The notes beneath the pieces were generated by a model that made no database searches, was not told the DNA's origin, and was given only the letters and a program-made list of their open reading frames with translations. DNA of 60,020 nucleotides, counting the filler, from Sluysia triapertura (lineage: Eukaryota), in NCBI GenBank assembly GCA_046118255.1. It is 4 parts of 4 records of this genome, joined end to end, with 100 filler letters (N's around TTAATTAATTAA, not from the genome) between each part and the next. Parts side by side here need not be neighbours in the genome. Positions count along the whole stretch, not along the records: positions 32,644 to 46,151 come from JBJNIA010035927.1; positions 46,252 to 60,020 come from JBJNIA010021070.1; 2 more parts are not named here. One strand, written 5' to 3'. Every line of letters begins with the position of its first letter. Position 1 is the first letter of the stretch. Positions 38,191 to 52,131 of this stretch are shown here, in pieces. The translations under genes and the position numbers were made by a program.

Positions 38191-40845
38191 TTATTGAATA
38201 CCTGTTTGAATTTTTTCTACCCATTCGGAAATTGTAGCTGGATTATCACTGGCTAATTTGTAAACTTTTTCATCTGTTTGTAACTAAATTATAGATAAAA
38301 TAGTTTATAAAGTAAAATTTTGTATAATGTGCATAACATTAATTATAAATTATGTACACTATTCAACGAATATGATATTTTTCCTTCTTTTAAATACACA
38401 TTTTCGGCCATAAGAATACAAATAGATTTTCCAAAAACTATAGTATTTTCAAATATATCAAAAAGGATAATCGTTTCATCTTTCTCGGAAGTGCTTTTGT
38501 ACAATTATGGAATAACAAGAATGTATCACTAAATTCAAAATATGTGTACTTGCGCGAAGAAAACTACTTTCTTGCTGTATGAGATCATATGTTGGATTCA
38601 TTTTTTAAAATTATTCATCTTTGTTATATTAGTCAATATTTTTCAATGATACTATGAAACGATTAATACAAGTTTAAATATACAAGTACATTTAAAAACA
38701 AGTATAAATACAAGTTTATAAAAACATTGTCACGGAAAATGTAAGATGTTGGAAAATAACTACTTTCGGGGAAGTAAAATAATAGTTAAAAATACTGATA
38801 TCTAAAACGAACAGAAATTTTATTCATGTAGAAAAACACAATTTACTACAAATCAAATATGTATAAACTTTTCTATCAGTCCTTTGTTATCCAATAATTT
38901 TCTGTTCCTCAAAGGCATGCTACAGATGAGCTGGGCACAAGTCTTTGATCTCGTCATCGTGAAGTCATACTTTTATCTTGGTTGGTTTATGGTAGAAACT
39001 ATCATTTTGACAATCTCCAACAGATTTTCTATGGGATTCATGTCTGGAGAGTTTTCAGGCCAAGCCATCAAATATTAAGAAAACCAAAGAAAAAATATTT
39101 TTAGATCGAACTTCAAATAGAAAAACTGATTGTAGTATTATTATTGATTGTTAGGTAAGAATTGTTTGTTTTCCAGTCAGTCCGAATAAAAATAAACTTA
39201 TAATTAAAATGTGTTAATTTAAGTGTATATTTTTATATAAAATAGTCAAATACAGTATTAATATTATATTATTTTATTTGAAATAAAGTGTTTAAATTTG
39301 TTTCATCTTTTTGAATAATAGTAAGAGGGATTGGAAATTGAGCTACCATATGACAATAAAATATATAAAATAAAAGCTCCTTGGTGACAGTTTAAAGTGT
39401 TGTATCTAACCTAGAAAAGTTAAATCGTTAAAATAAAATCTTATAAGTTAAGTTCGAACAAAGTACGATTACAGCTAAGATACATTCAGAACATAACAAG
39501 ATTTGCAGAATAATTTAGTATATAAGCACTTCTATCCTGAATAACTGGGATAAATTTTCGAATTCACACTTACAAATAAGATAAACATAATATGTAGAAT
39601 ATAAATATCACTTGCAAAATAAATTAGTAAAGGAAGTTTACATTAACATTAATTTACATCCTCGAATCTTGATTTACATTTACCTGAGTTTCAATAAAAT
39701 GTAAAGCATACATGGTCATTCACAAAACAAAATTATTGTCTGACATGCAGAGTTCATTTAAACACATTTAAATATTTATAAACCCTAACACCAAAATATT
39801 TTTTACAATTTTATCGACATACTTATAAGTGGTTCGTTCTAAATTTCTTTTAAATTCCACTCCAGCCTACTACTATATTTATAATCGAATGAATTTTCAA
39901 AATATTTTGTTATCATTAATAAATAGCAAAGTGTTAGTAGTGAACATTTATAGTTCATATCTAATAAGAAAATTTATTTATACATTATATACCCACTGTA
40001 AAAACTTATTAGTGATTTTTTATAATTAATTGTATTATCTAAATTTTAAAATATTTCAAATTGAAATAACAATTTCATTTAAGTACAAAAATTATTAACG
40101 CATTTTGTTGTAATTTTTAGTAAATACACCTTAATGAGTTAAATCTCCGATATGCAAAGAGTAAATATTTATTAAATATTTAAGACACTTACAATTCTAA
40201 ATTCAGAAATATTAAGTTGGAGAATGAGTTTGAATTATGACATAGTAGTGAAAATGCTTTGTATTCATAACATTATTGTCAGAATGCCTTAATTCTGAAT
40301 TAATGCTTATTTTTTCTGTTTCATATTTTATTGTATTTATTGTCGAGTAAATAACTATGATATTAACATTTCTAAGATATTATATCTCCTTTTATTTGAA
40401 ACAATATGAGATACTTGCCTCCGGCTGAGATTTATTTCAACCTGAATACCCAGAATATGATATTTATTTTTTATTTCGTTCACAATTAATCAGCTTGCCT
40501 GAGTCAAAGCAGAGTAATTAAAAGTATATTGTAATATAATGCATAAAAATGTACTTTATCAGATGTACAGTTATTTGATGTAATCAATGTTTATATTAAC
40601 AGAATCATCGTTGACTCCATAAAATAAAATTTAAATCAATATAATATTAATTTATTGCCAAAAAGATTTATTACTTTTTAATTTATAACTTTTAATTTTT
40701 AATTTATTTAACTTTATATTTGATTAGGCCTTCTGTTTTTGGTCACTTATTTTATTTTATCGTTTTGGTTACTTTTACAAGTTAATAATTTATGCACTTA
40801 CTAATAATTATTACGTAACTTAATTAGAATGTTAACTTATTTTAA

Positions 40846-40892
<47 letters not shown>

Positions 40893-42831
40893 TCTTTATA
40901 ATTAAAATTTTCTTTTAATCTATAAATCTTTTGCACTTAAATCTTTACATTCTTCTTTTCTTAACACGATCTTGCGTAAATGAATATAATATAGGGTTTT
41001 GGTATAAAGGATGGTTAAAGGTGTAGAGTATATGATGTAATGGTAGCTATATGATTATATCAGAATGTGATTTAAATGTAAGTTTGATGAATGTTTGTGT
41101 TATTTATTTCTTTATTTCTTGTCTATTTCATTCATTATTGCAAACCACAAGATATTACATGAAAATACATATTATGGTATTAAGAATAAGATAAGAATGT
41201 GAGTTAAGAATGTTTGCACTTGTAGTGAATCTTTTGATATATAAAACATTCTCTTTGCATTTGTTTTTTAATTCCTTATTATACGATCTTTCGCATAAAT
41301 TAACATGCTATTTGATGCTTGCATATCAAATATGAGTAACTGGTGTATGAATGTTTAAAGGGATAACGCTATAAATTACGTCAATATTAAATTGTACGGT
41401 GTATATGAATTAATTTACTGAATTAAGTTGTAGTAATGCTTTAATATTGTATAGGTATGGATTGTTTGGGTTGATCTGTAGTTTGAGTTTGTTAGATGAA
41501 GTGTTGTAAAGTGTGGATTTTCTCCTTTCAACAGTTGTTATTTGGTGTTTTGGAAACATTTTGATCTGAGGTAAATTCCTGCAATCTTGCCATAATATTG
41601 TATAAATATATATTGTTTAAATCTGTAGCCGATTGTAGGTTGAATTTGTCGTTACATGATTTAATGCTAAAATGTTTTATTGAATAATGTGGTGAATTAA
41701 TTGGTCGAAAAAGTTGAGAGGTATAGAGTATATGACTATTAAATGATCAGGAATGTGATTTAAATTGGGAATTTTGTTAAATATGTAATTATTTAACCCT
41801 TTAACGTTCAATTTTTTTCTGCAGGTTTAACTCGCTCGAGTTAATTCGAGTGTGAGAGTTAAGGGGTTAAAAATTTATAAACGCTGCTTTTGTAATAAAA
41901 ATAATAATCATGAGTTGAACCAAAACTCCACACTTTCATTTTTAGCAACAGAGACGAACTCACGAAATAATAATCTAAAGTTTAATTTAGATTAAGATTT
42001 AAAAGTTATTCCACATCTTCAATAAAGTTTTATATTTTACAAATTTTAGGAAATATTTCAGTCGCTAATTTGAGTAAAGTTAGCGACTCTAGTTCCAATT
42101 ATTTACAAACGTAGAGAGTGAATAAATATTATAACATTTAAAATTCGAAATAAAGTAATTTAATTTATTTAATTTAAGCATTTAATTTATTTTAAAGCTC
42201 AAATTTTTTATTACAATTTTAAGAAAAAAGTAACCGCATTTTTACATATGTGGCTTTTAAGATCCATTGCATAATTTTTGAATGAATAACGTAAACCTTG
42301 CTATCAATTAAGTAATATAAATGTATGAAAAATAAATAAAAATAAATATTGAATTAGTTTAAAAATTCAGCATTATTTATCATAAAATATTTGATAAAGC
42401 AGTTAGTGGAGAATATTATAAAACAACTGTTTCAGAAGTAAAAGTGAGCATTTACATTGAAAAATGGACAAGATCCTATTTTTATAATGAATAATGCCAG
42501 AATTCACCATTATCGAGCATAAAAAGATGAGACTTAATTTGAAAAATACTTGCCCCCTCATTCTCGTTTTTTTCGGTTTGGAAAAATTTAGTTATCCGAG
42601 GTGGCGCAAAAAATGAAAATGAATTATAAAAGGTGAATTTCTGATAAAATTATTCTGTAGTGTTTTCATATTTAAATAAAGCTGTAAACAATGAAATAAT
42701 CATAGAATAAAAACCTAAATTTTTATTTTTGATTTCATTTTTAATTTTTTTTAAAACTAATTCAATATTTTTATTTTTCAAAATGTTCATAGTACGTAAT
42801 ACATGGAAAAATTTCGTAATTGATCGAACCC

Positions 42832-42903
<72 letters not shown>

Positions 42904-45900
42904 CCTCTAAATAACCACTTTCAGGAAATCTTCTTCGGGTAATTGTCATTGTGGTTAAAATACGAACTCCTGTTATGTCTTGTAAATTGATTCTTTTTCG
43001 TGTTTTTGAATTTTCTTTGAGATCGTTATAAAATATCTTAAGGAAATATTAATTTTTCATTTTAATGATTATTTTGGACTTTTCAAGAAATGTAATTTAC
43101 AGAGATTAAATATTAAAAATATATTTTAAATCCACTATATATGTCAGACATATATAAACAAGAAAATCTATGCGCATTAAACAAAAGCACTACAAAAATA
43201 AAATTCGTAATGCTGTAATTTAGTGAAATACAAACATGTATAAATTGATGAAGGACATAAATATAATACTTACTAGGATAAACAGAAAATAATTATGGCT
43301 ACATTATACATATGGTAAAATATTAACTAGAAAAGAATGTAACATACTAACAAAGCTTAAAAAGTATATAAAAGTATGATATAACAATATATGCAATTAA
43401 AAACAAATTAAATACTTTTTATTTTATCTAAATAAAATACTTATCGATTATTTTTCTCAATTTGAATCTCATTTCTCTCAAATAACTCAAAAAGCAATAT
43501 TTTCATCTAACTGCGCATTCGAACTATTGAAGAAAATTCAGGTATTGAAAACTAAAATTCATACAATTATCTTTGTGTGATTGCATCGATAGGTAGTAGA
43601 TTTAATAAACATAAATTATGCTCAATCCTATAAATATTAATTTAGGAATTTGTTAAATTTTAATTTTATCAGAACAAAGCAGTTTTGTAAAAGTATTAAA
43701 GAATTTTATTGAATCGAATATTAAGATTAAGTATTTCTCAATGTACTATAAGCTGGAATTTTATTTTTAATACTAATGTTAAAGTAAAAAAGTATGATTT
43801 ATTATTTAAACACCTAAATTTTTTACTAACCGCATGATGAATAACATCAAGTTCAAAGTACTTCTTATGCCAATTTGGAAAAACTGGATGAGGTTTAAGT
43901 TTGTAGAGTTCTCCAGAAAAAGCGATTTCTGACCGGGCTTCAGGAGTCTGTTCGGAAGCATGAGGATTCAATGAAGATGATGCGACTCCTCTTCTGAAAA
44001 ATAACTGTTTAATTGAATTTCAAGTAGATACATAACAAAAAATATAAAAGGTAATTCACCAACCTGTCGTTGTAGTGAAAGGAATTATGATTGTAATGTG
44101 AATCAGATGTGTTATTTGATGTTTGGTGATTGGTTACAGATGAGATTTGCACATGATTTTGTGAATGACTGGAAGTTGTCTTGACATTATTTAATCCAGA
44201 AATAGATGATCCTTGGTTTGAGGAAACTGATGCTTTATTAGGTGGAGGAGGTCGACTAGGTCGCTGAATCATTTGTGATAATGGTGGGGAGGAAGTTGTG
44301 GATATACGATTACCTTGAGAGTTATGGTAATTGGATGAAGGAGACTGGTATCTTGGGATTGAATTACTACTTGCAACGGCGGTGATGGAAGTTGGCAATA
44401 CAGTCTCCAAGTTATGTGATATATCAGACTTAGATTTTGCAGTAGAAGTTGCAAGGCTTTGAGTTGAAGATGGTTCATTGAGAGATGATGCAATATTTGG
44501 ATTAGTCATGGATAACTTCGCATCAGTTTTTGTCGAGTCAATATTGTGTTCGGTATTACTTGGCATTTCATTCAATTTCCTTTGCTATACAACAAATATT
44601 ATATTATAATTAAGTAAATTCCTTGTAAATTGCATTAATTAAAAACAAAAAATGAAGTTTCACTAACAATAAGGGGACACTGTCTATCAAGTCGTCGCAA
44701 AGATGTTATTCGATGCTGCGATCTAACTGATAAACGAGTATTCATAATATCGACATGTCGATGTTCTAATCGTTTGTCAATATTTGAAACATGTTGAATA
44801 CTTTCTTTACTTTTCAAAGTACCGTCTTCTTGATCAATATACATCATTTTCTGTTCATCACTATTCAATTGACTAGCCAGCAGAATCAATTCTTTCTGCG
44901 AATCTCTACACACTTGTTGCCATATCTGAAGCCAATTTCCTGGTTCAGCGCCTTCACGAAGACCCATAATACCATAAACAGATTCAACATAACTATTATT
45001 AAAGGCTCCATGTAACACTGGATCGTAATGGCGACTGTTGCGACGTCGGTAACGAGGACAAAAATGATCGAGATCATAAACTGAACCACTACTTAAATCT
45101 TCTTCAAGAAAGTACCGCCAGAGAGATAATACTGCCATACTAGTACATGGGCGTAATATCTGCAATAATATAAATTTTATGAAATTTGTACAAAAATTGT
45201 AAATTTATCTATAAATACTTTGAATACCGGTGATATTTTGGCATTTAACAATTATGTATCTTATACTTTAATTATATTATGAAAAAAATTTCTATCAAAA
45301 ATATCGAAACTCAAAATAATAATATCACCTAGGAAAGTAAATATATCGTTTGGTAGTTTGTATTATTTTATTTGCTAATTAATAAAACTAGAAATATTAG
45401 AAATATAAATTAAATCTTAAAAATTTTAAATTAGTAACAACACTTAAATTTAATTAAATTCCATATCAATAAAATTAAATTAAATCAAACCTTTTGTGAT
45501 AAAGGAGGACAGTAATTAAAATTAAAGAAAATTGGCCATTGCTGATGGTGATCAAGTACGTATTCATAAATAGAATGTTGTTTCGTTAATTTGTCAGCAA
45601 CATCAATTATATCATCACCAATAACCGTAGAACCAGAAATAGGTACAATGGTATTGAGCAGCCATCGGAATCGATCCATCTCAGAGTCACATTTAAAATC
45701 ACTAAATCGACTACTTATATGATGATATGCCAAAAATCGAAGTAGAAATTCATTGTACTGGAATGCCATGGGAAACTGGCTAATCAGTTGATGAACAGCA
45801 TCGAGAAATTGCAAAAAAACGGGGAAGGAGTTATGAGCAGCTTGTTTGGCAGCATTGAATGATGCAGCATTAGGTAAGACTATATTTGGTTGATTCTGAG

Positions 45901-46066
45901 AATTTTCACTTGCTGCAGTATTGAAAGTAGCACTAACACCAGAAGACATACTGAGCCGAGATCTAAAGGGATGACCCATTAGCAACCATTCTTTTTCAAT
46001 AAGTGCCCAGAAACCTTCTAGAGTGCGGTAAAAAGGATCTAACATTACTTGAGTCAATGAAATTAT
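38191..46066 (-). CDS. SBF: Myotubularin-related protein 5/13 (SBF1/SBF2-like), 3' six exons: 46066-45491, 45159-44668, 44584-44064, 43993-43831, 43036-42905, 38283-38191
   Basis: 'DPFYRTLEGFWALIEKEWLLMGHPF', 'PVFLQFLDAVHQLISQFPMAFQYNEFLLRFLAYHHISSRF' and 'ILRPCTSMAVLSLWRYFLEEDLSSGSVYD' are SBF-type myotubularin/SID segments. C-terminal PH domain: 'FSGELYKL..NWHKKYFELD..INLQDI..LQTDEKVYKLAS..EWVEKIQ*'. All five introns are GT-AG with consistent phases (0,0,2,0,0). 5' exons not found. Confidence 0.93.
38860..39075 (-). mobile_element. Tc1 transposase C-terminal remnant (in last SBF intron)
   Basis: 'WPENSPDMNPIENL' and 'LICSMPLR...DNKG' are the Tc1 WPxxSPDLNPIENxW and SMPxR..KG motifs. Confidence 0.85.
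41793..41870. mobile_element. 70-bp piggyBac-type miniature element with TTAA TSDs
   Basis: TTAA|CCCTTTAACGTTCA ... TGAGAGTTAAGGGG|TTAA: imperfect TIR starting CCC, with internal palindrome TTAACTCGCTCGAGTTAA. Confidence 0.7.
42290..42620 (+). mobile_element. IS630/Tc1-superfamily transposase remnant (in last SBF intron)
   Basis: 'YHKIFDKAVSGE..', 'PIFIMNNARIHH' (DNARIH) and 'KYLPPHSRF' (YLPPYSPF). Confidence 0.7.
42833..42902. repeat. (AAT)n microsatellite directly after an SBF splice donor
   Basis: Directly visible; source of the poly-Tyr in ORF 42650..42949. Confidence 0.95.
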
Positions 46067-46074
46067 CTAAATGC

Positions 46075-46075
<1 letters not shown>

Positions 46076-46151
<76 letters not shown>
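46076..46151. repeat. (AAT)n microsatellite abutting an SBF splice acceptor and the gap
   Basis: Directly visible. Confidence 0.95.
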
Positions 46152-46251
46152 NNNNNNNNNNNNNNNNNNNNNNNNNNNNNNNNNNNNNNNNNNNNTTAAT
46201 TAATTAANNNNNNNNNNNNNNNNNNNNNNNNNNNNNNNNNNNNNNNNNNNN
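46152..46251. other. Artificial scaffold linker (44 N + TTAATTAATTAA + 44 N)
   Basis: Directly visible. Confidence 0.97.
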
Positions 46252-46328
46252 AATAAAATTATACGTGCATTTTCACTGCAAAAGTTCAAAATGGGTCATT
46301 TGACCCGTTATGGTATGTTTAGTGTTAA
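46252..46328. mobile_element. One end of a piggyBac-type element
   Basis: GGGTCATTTGACCC subterminal palindrome followed by GGTATGTTTAGTG|TTAA (a CACT-starting TIR on the minus strand next to TTAA); the rest is lost in the gap. Confidence 0.6.
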
Positions 46329-46628
46329 TAATCTTTAAATATAATCATGTTAATTTTAAATTTAAAGTTGTATGAAATCTAATATTTTTATTTTATGCTT
46401 TATGTATTCTGTAAACATTTTAAAAGATTGTTAAAAATTATAATTAAAAAATTAAATTATTTTATAAAAGAACATTCTCGAATTTAATTGTCTCACTAAA
46501 CCAAAAATTAATGTCTCTTTATGACAAGTGATTAATATAAAAGCAGTCATTATTCACAAAAACGACAACTAAAATAAAATTACAAATTAGTTGGTAAAAA
46601 ATTTTCAAGCGATCGGTTCAAGCTACTT

Positions 46629-46717
46629 TATCGATTTGGCTAGCAATTTATATCTATCGATTTGGCTAGCAATTTATATCTATCGATTTGGCTAGCAATT
46701 TATATCTATCGATTTGG
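46629..46717 (+). repeat. 26-bp perfect minisatellite (TATCGATTTGGCTAGCAATTTATATC x3.4)
   Basis: Units start at 46629, 46655, 46681 and 46707. Confidence 0.95.
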
Positions 46718-47387
46718 AAAATCATCAACAATCTTTTATCATATAGCATCAGAAAACAATAAAGTGATTCAGGTAGTAAGTCTAAATTAATAGCTGTGTA
46801 TACTCGAACAGAGTTATAAAATCTCACGCAAAATATTCATATTTCCGTTGGTCCTTAAGGCCAATGATAAAATCATTGTAAATTAATTAAATTTTTAACC
46901 GAGCCTAAAGTAGACTAGGTCCTTTAAAAACATTAATATTTTGTTAAATTAATTGTATTTTGTAATAATATTTGTTATTTTTACTATTAAATAGACATTT
47001 ATTTTTACGTTCTATCATTGTTTTCGTATCGTTCATTTAATATTGTAGAAAATAAATCTTAAATTGTTTGTTATTTAGTAGATAAAGAATTTACAATATT
47101 GATCATTTAAATAAAGAATTTTTAATACGTTGGCGTTTAATATAAAATAAGCTTATTATAAAACATTACATTTTAAAGATATAAAAAGCATATTGATACA
47201 AAAGCTACTTGACTTAATCAACAAGATATTTTATTGAAGTTACCGAATAATAATCCACGTACCATGACTAGCTTTATTTGAAAATTCTCGTCATATTAGT
47301 TCACGCATCTACAACTACGCAATTCGTAGGTCATATATTGTAGACGAACTCTTTTAATCCATTTTGCTGCTTAAGTTAGGTTAAGAT

Positions 47388-49346
47388 TAGGGCTGCAGAA
47401 TTTAAAGATTAATTAATCGATTAATCGTTAATTTATTTTAATGATTAAATTTTTGTTTAACTATTAATCGGATTCAAATTCAATTTTTAGCCCATCTTTA
47501 TAAATGTATGAAAGTGCAGGAAACAAAAGTAATAACAGCAAAATGGCGACAGAGAAGAAGCGATTTATCATATATAAACCTATATCAGGTAGATTACGAG
47601 AACATTGTTGGCTGACAACGTTTATTGCATTCATTGTCGCTTACTTACCATCTTCAAAACAAACACTTACAATATTCGAAACTTCAGCCTACAAAGTCAG
47701 CTTCATTTAACCAGTTTACAGCGACAGCATCATCTACTTCCAAGAAAACTACTTTGAGTTAGTTTTGTCGTCGGTCCGATCAACTGGTGAGTGTTACCGT
47801 ACAGCATGACATTACAATATCGCTTGCAAAATGGATAGCTAGCAGTTGCAGACCAATATCGATAGTATAAGATGACAGTCTTCAGCAAGTATTACTTACA
47901 ACACTTCAAAATGACGAATATAAAACACCTTGTCGGAGCACTATTGATAAAATGTTGACCGATATGTATATCACAAAATTCAAAGGCAGTCGCGCTAACG
48001 TCTAATTTTTGGACATCCATAGGCAATGAAAGTTCATGTGGAATCATTTGCCATTGGATTACTGATGATTGGAATTTGAAAAGTGTTGTTCTAGAATGTG
48101 TGCATGTCGTTGAACGTCACTATTCTGCCAATGTTGCTGAGTTATACAAACAGTCTGCAAAAAAGATTCGGGTTCTAGTAACTGACAATGCACGAAATAT
48201 GGTTTCAGCTGTTAATCAAAGCTGTTTTGCTCATATTCCGTGTTTGGCTCATGGCCTGCAGTTGAGCATATTGCATGGAGTTAAAGCTGCAGATGCCGAA
48301 GTATAGTTTGTCAAATGTCGAAAAATCATAGGACATTTTAAACATAGCCCCGTCAACACAACTGAATTGCAAAATTACATAAACTACAAGATGTTCCAAG
48401 AAGATGAAATAGCGTTTTTGAGATGCTGCAGAGTCTTTTGTGGGCTAGGGAAGCACTAACTGAAGGAAAGAACTATAAAAGATTTCAAAATACGTCAAAG
48501 TTTTAATTGTATTTTGTCAGGCTGCGGTCCTGCTTGGTGGTGATAAGTATGTGATTCGTAGCTGTGTTATCGTCTTTAACAAAACACATGACTGTAAATG
48601 ATGATGATCCGGGATATACGGCCAGATTCAAGGAAGCCTTTGTAAATGAATTCAGCGAACGCTTAGCTAATATGAAAAGCATTGTAGTTTTAAAGATTGT
48701 AACAGTACTTGATCCACGATATAAAAACTCGAAGTGTTTATCAGACGATGCAAAAGAACGAACTTGGTCGCTTATCGAACAGAAAATAGCAAGTGATGAT
48801 TCGTTGAAGACTAATGTACAAGATGATACTAACAGTGTCAATAATACTATATGTCAACCAAATGAAAAGCGTTTTAAGTTAATGGAGGCTGACTCCGACT
48901 CAGAAGAGGATGTCAAAAGCGCTTCTGATGAAGTACAACGATATAAAAAGAAGAAAAAAGTTGCTGAATCAGTTGATCAACTACAATGGTGGAAACTTAA
49001 TGAATATCGATATGCAAGACTGTACTTTGCGTACGGGCTACCTCAGTTCCGTGTGAACGATTATTTAATTCTGCTGGTTACATTGTTAACAAGACGCGTT
49101 CATCACTTGAACCAAATACAGTTAATATGATTGTGTGTTTGCATAGCTGGTTATCTGACAATATTTGCAAGAGAAAATGCCTATTTTATTTCTTGCTTTT
49201 AACTGAATTTTAATTGAAATACATGTAGAATAAATTTGTCAATAAATGTTTGTGAATAGTTTTGATTTAATCGAAATTAACTATTAATTAATCGTTAATT
49301 TATTAAAAGTTAACTATTAAAAATAAATTAATCGTTACCAGCCCTA
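47388..49346 (+). mobile_element. hAT DNA transposon (ZBED1/Tramp-like), near full length, transposase pseudogenised
   Basis: TIRs TAGGGCTG...CAGCCCTA, with subterminal TTAATCG repeats at both ends. Flanking 8-mers GTTAAGAT/CTTAAAAG (5/8 match). Transposase motifs 'VTDNARNM', 'CLAHGLQL', 'LDPRYK', 'LQWWK' and 'ATSVPCERLFNSAG' (dimerisation domain). Confidence 0.93.
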
Positions 49347-52131
49347 CTTAAAAGTCATGAGTTTAATTCGGCTTTTATTTTAAAGGTGAAATTAACTTTG
49401 GCTATTACACAGTAACCGTGAAAATTACTATAAAAGGAGGTGTTTCGTTTCACAAAATACATACAAAAAAGAGAAAGCAAGGAAATTATTGTGCGGCTCG
49501 ATTTTCAATACATTACAACTTTAACATTTTGATGAGTTTTATATCTCTTAACAACTTATACTCCAGCAAATATAAATTTAATTAACAGGTTCACTTGAAG
49601 TTAACGATTTTGTTTATAAAAGGAATTTTCTTTTAAATGAACGAAATCTTTTGTTGCCAATGTGAGGGTACACTTAATAAATTTAAACTGAACTGCACGA
49701 AAGATGCTTTTAACTAAATAAATCGTTTTTAATCGTAGGAACTTGGCTTGGTTATTAACGCGTAAACAATATTATTTTGAATATTGTGAGTACCTAAATT
49801 ATTAATTGAAGAAAAATAACTCTAAGACCTTATTAACAAAATAAAAATGATTACAATGTATATAATATAGATGTAAATAATATAGATGTATAGAAATCTA
49901 AATAACAAAAAATTCGAGAATTTAAGTATGAAATACAATAATTGAATTTCTAAATGTAGTTTAACCCAGGAGTAATTCTTGAGTATGAAAATATGGTGAG
50001 AATTTACCTGTACTTTAATTCTAATATTATAGAAAAAAACTTGTTATTAAAAACTTACGTTGACATAACAAATTAATCATAAAATTACAGTTAAATAATC
50101 GAATATAGATTTGTTCGTTTCCTTGGAATATATATAGCAGTAGGAAATTCCAATCCCAAAAAATAGTCGTTCTCCTGAACTATATTTTGTTGCAGTAAAG
50201 ATAAATATATTTTTGTTGTGAAGTGTTCGCGTTTAAAAATGTTTTTCTATAGTCGTTTCACTGTAGTTTATTTTCTCTATTTGACCAGAATAAATATTTA
50301 TAAAAATTTACCTTTATCTTTAAAAATGATTTATTAATGATAAAAATGATTTATAAGAAAATTGTTTACATTTAAAGAACAATGATAAAATATTTGTTTA
50401 TATTTAAATGACAGTCAAGTATTGCTAATTATTTTATTAATTTCAATTTTATCATAAATATTTGATAACAAAAATTTGTTTATATTTAAATTAATATTTT
50501 TCAAAAACAAATTTTAAAGATATTTAAACTTTATCTTTCTTTTATTTTCTTAAAAATAAAAAATATTTATACATATACTATATTCCTATTTATGTACATA
50601 TACTCTTTACAATTTGTTTTGCAAAATTTAATTTGTTATTGACAATACTTTATCCATTTTATCGTGATAATTATACTGGTACCTTGGTCTGATTCGAGTA
50701 AATTATTGGAGTAAATTTATTTTCGTTGGTTTTGTAGTAAATACGGTATTGTTTTATTATTTTAAAATTAACTGTTCAAACCATTAATTATTTTCATTAT
50801 TATTTATATTTTTTCTTGTTTTTTTGAGATTTTGAAAAAGAATTTAATTGCACTTGCATATTTTATGTGAGAGACGAGTTAGAACTGCGATTTTTCAGAC
50901 GGCGACTTTAAATTTATGAAATAAAGTAAGAAAGTTTGAACAATTAAAAGTTACCGAATTAGGTTGAGCTTATTTTAAAATAATTTTTTATTTGATTAAA
51001 ATTTATAAATAATTTTAAAGCGATTAAAACTTATTAAAGCTTAATAAAGAAAAAGTTACAAATCTAATTTAAACTTAGAGCAACTAAACAACAAATAGTT
51101 TTCAGAAGGTAATAATTAATTATTATAATATTAACATTCACTCACACAATAAAATTAATTCTCAATTAAAATTTTACAATTCACACTATTCTTTTTCTTT
51201 ACTCCAATATTTGAATGTTTTTACTCCAACATTTTCTTAATCAGAATTTTACCAATTAGCTATTTGGTTTGGTATTTTTTTGCTGGTGTATTTTGATTTC
51301 CAAGCATTTTTCGATTTCATTATTTAGTAATTAAATTTTATTATAGATTATAAATTCAAATCCTGGCTAATTTTACTTTATTATCAAATGTACATATATT
51401 ACCTCATTGTCATAAGACAAAGTTCTATAATAAGATAGTCAAGTATTTGTATTCGCTTTGATACATTGTACTTGTTAATGCTACAGATTCAATTTAATAA
51501 TAAAACTATATTCACCTCCGTTTTGTCATCGTGTTTTTGTGTTTATACCGTTCTTCTGCCTAATTAAGTTTGTTGACCTCCATTTTTCATTTTTATTGCT
51601 CTATTTTCATACTTATAAACTATTGCATTTATATTTATTTATATATTATATGTTTATATTATAGTATATTAATTTATATAGCGGTAATATCAATCAAAAA
51701 TTAAATAAAATTGATTTACCAAATATAAAATCATTAATTAATTTATTATCATTAATTAATGACGAAATATATAGTTTTGATTAATATTAAAGATTTATTA
51801 TTTGAATTTCTATACTATCACTGGCTTTGTTGCATTTATTTTCATATTTTTTTGAAATTGTTTATAATTTACAAATTTTTATAATTTTTATAAATTTTTA
51901 CAAAATTTTATAATTTTTATAAATTGTTTATAATTGTAGTTTGGATTGTTTCAAAAATAATTCTACTTATTAATGTAAATATTAAATATAAAATAGTATT
52001 TTCGTTGGATATTAAAACTAACATTAATAAATCAATAGAGAAATAAAAACAAAAATAAAATTTATTAATTCATTTAAAATTCCAAAAGTTTTCTAATGTA
52101 TTATGATCAATAAGTAGTTTCAATTTGATTA

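Noticed and set aside
42650-42949. Poly-tyrosine protein
   Set aside because: Read-through of an SBF exon into an intronic (TAT)n microsatellite.
44269-45089. Alternative-frame/antisense ORFs 44269..44493, 44791..45015, 44886..45089 (also 48205..48399, 48503..48841, 59523..59768)
   Set aside because: Shadows of the SBF, hAT transposase and CFAP57 coding sequences.
46003-46203. Poly-N/poly-I ORF
   Set aside because: Antisense to an SBF exon, runs through a microsatellite and a gap.
46629-46717. CRISPR-like array
   Set aside because: Head-to-tail 26-bp units without spacers, in a eukaryotic context.
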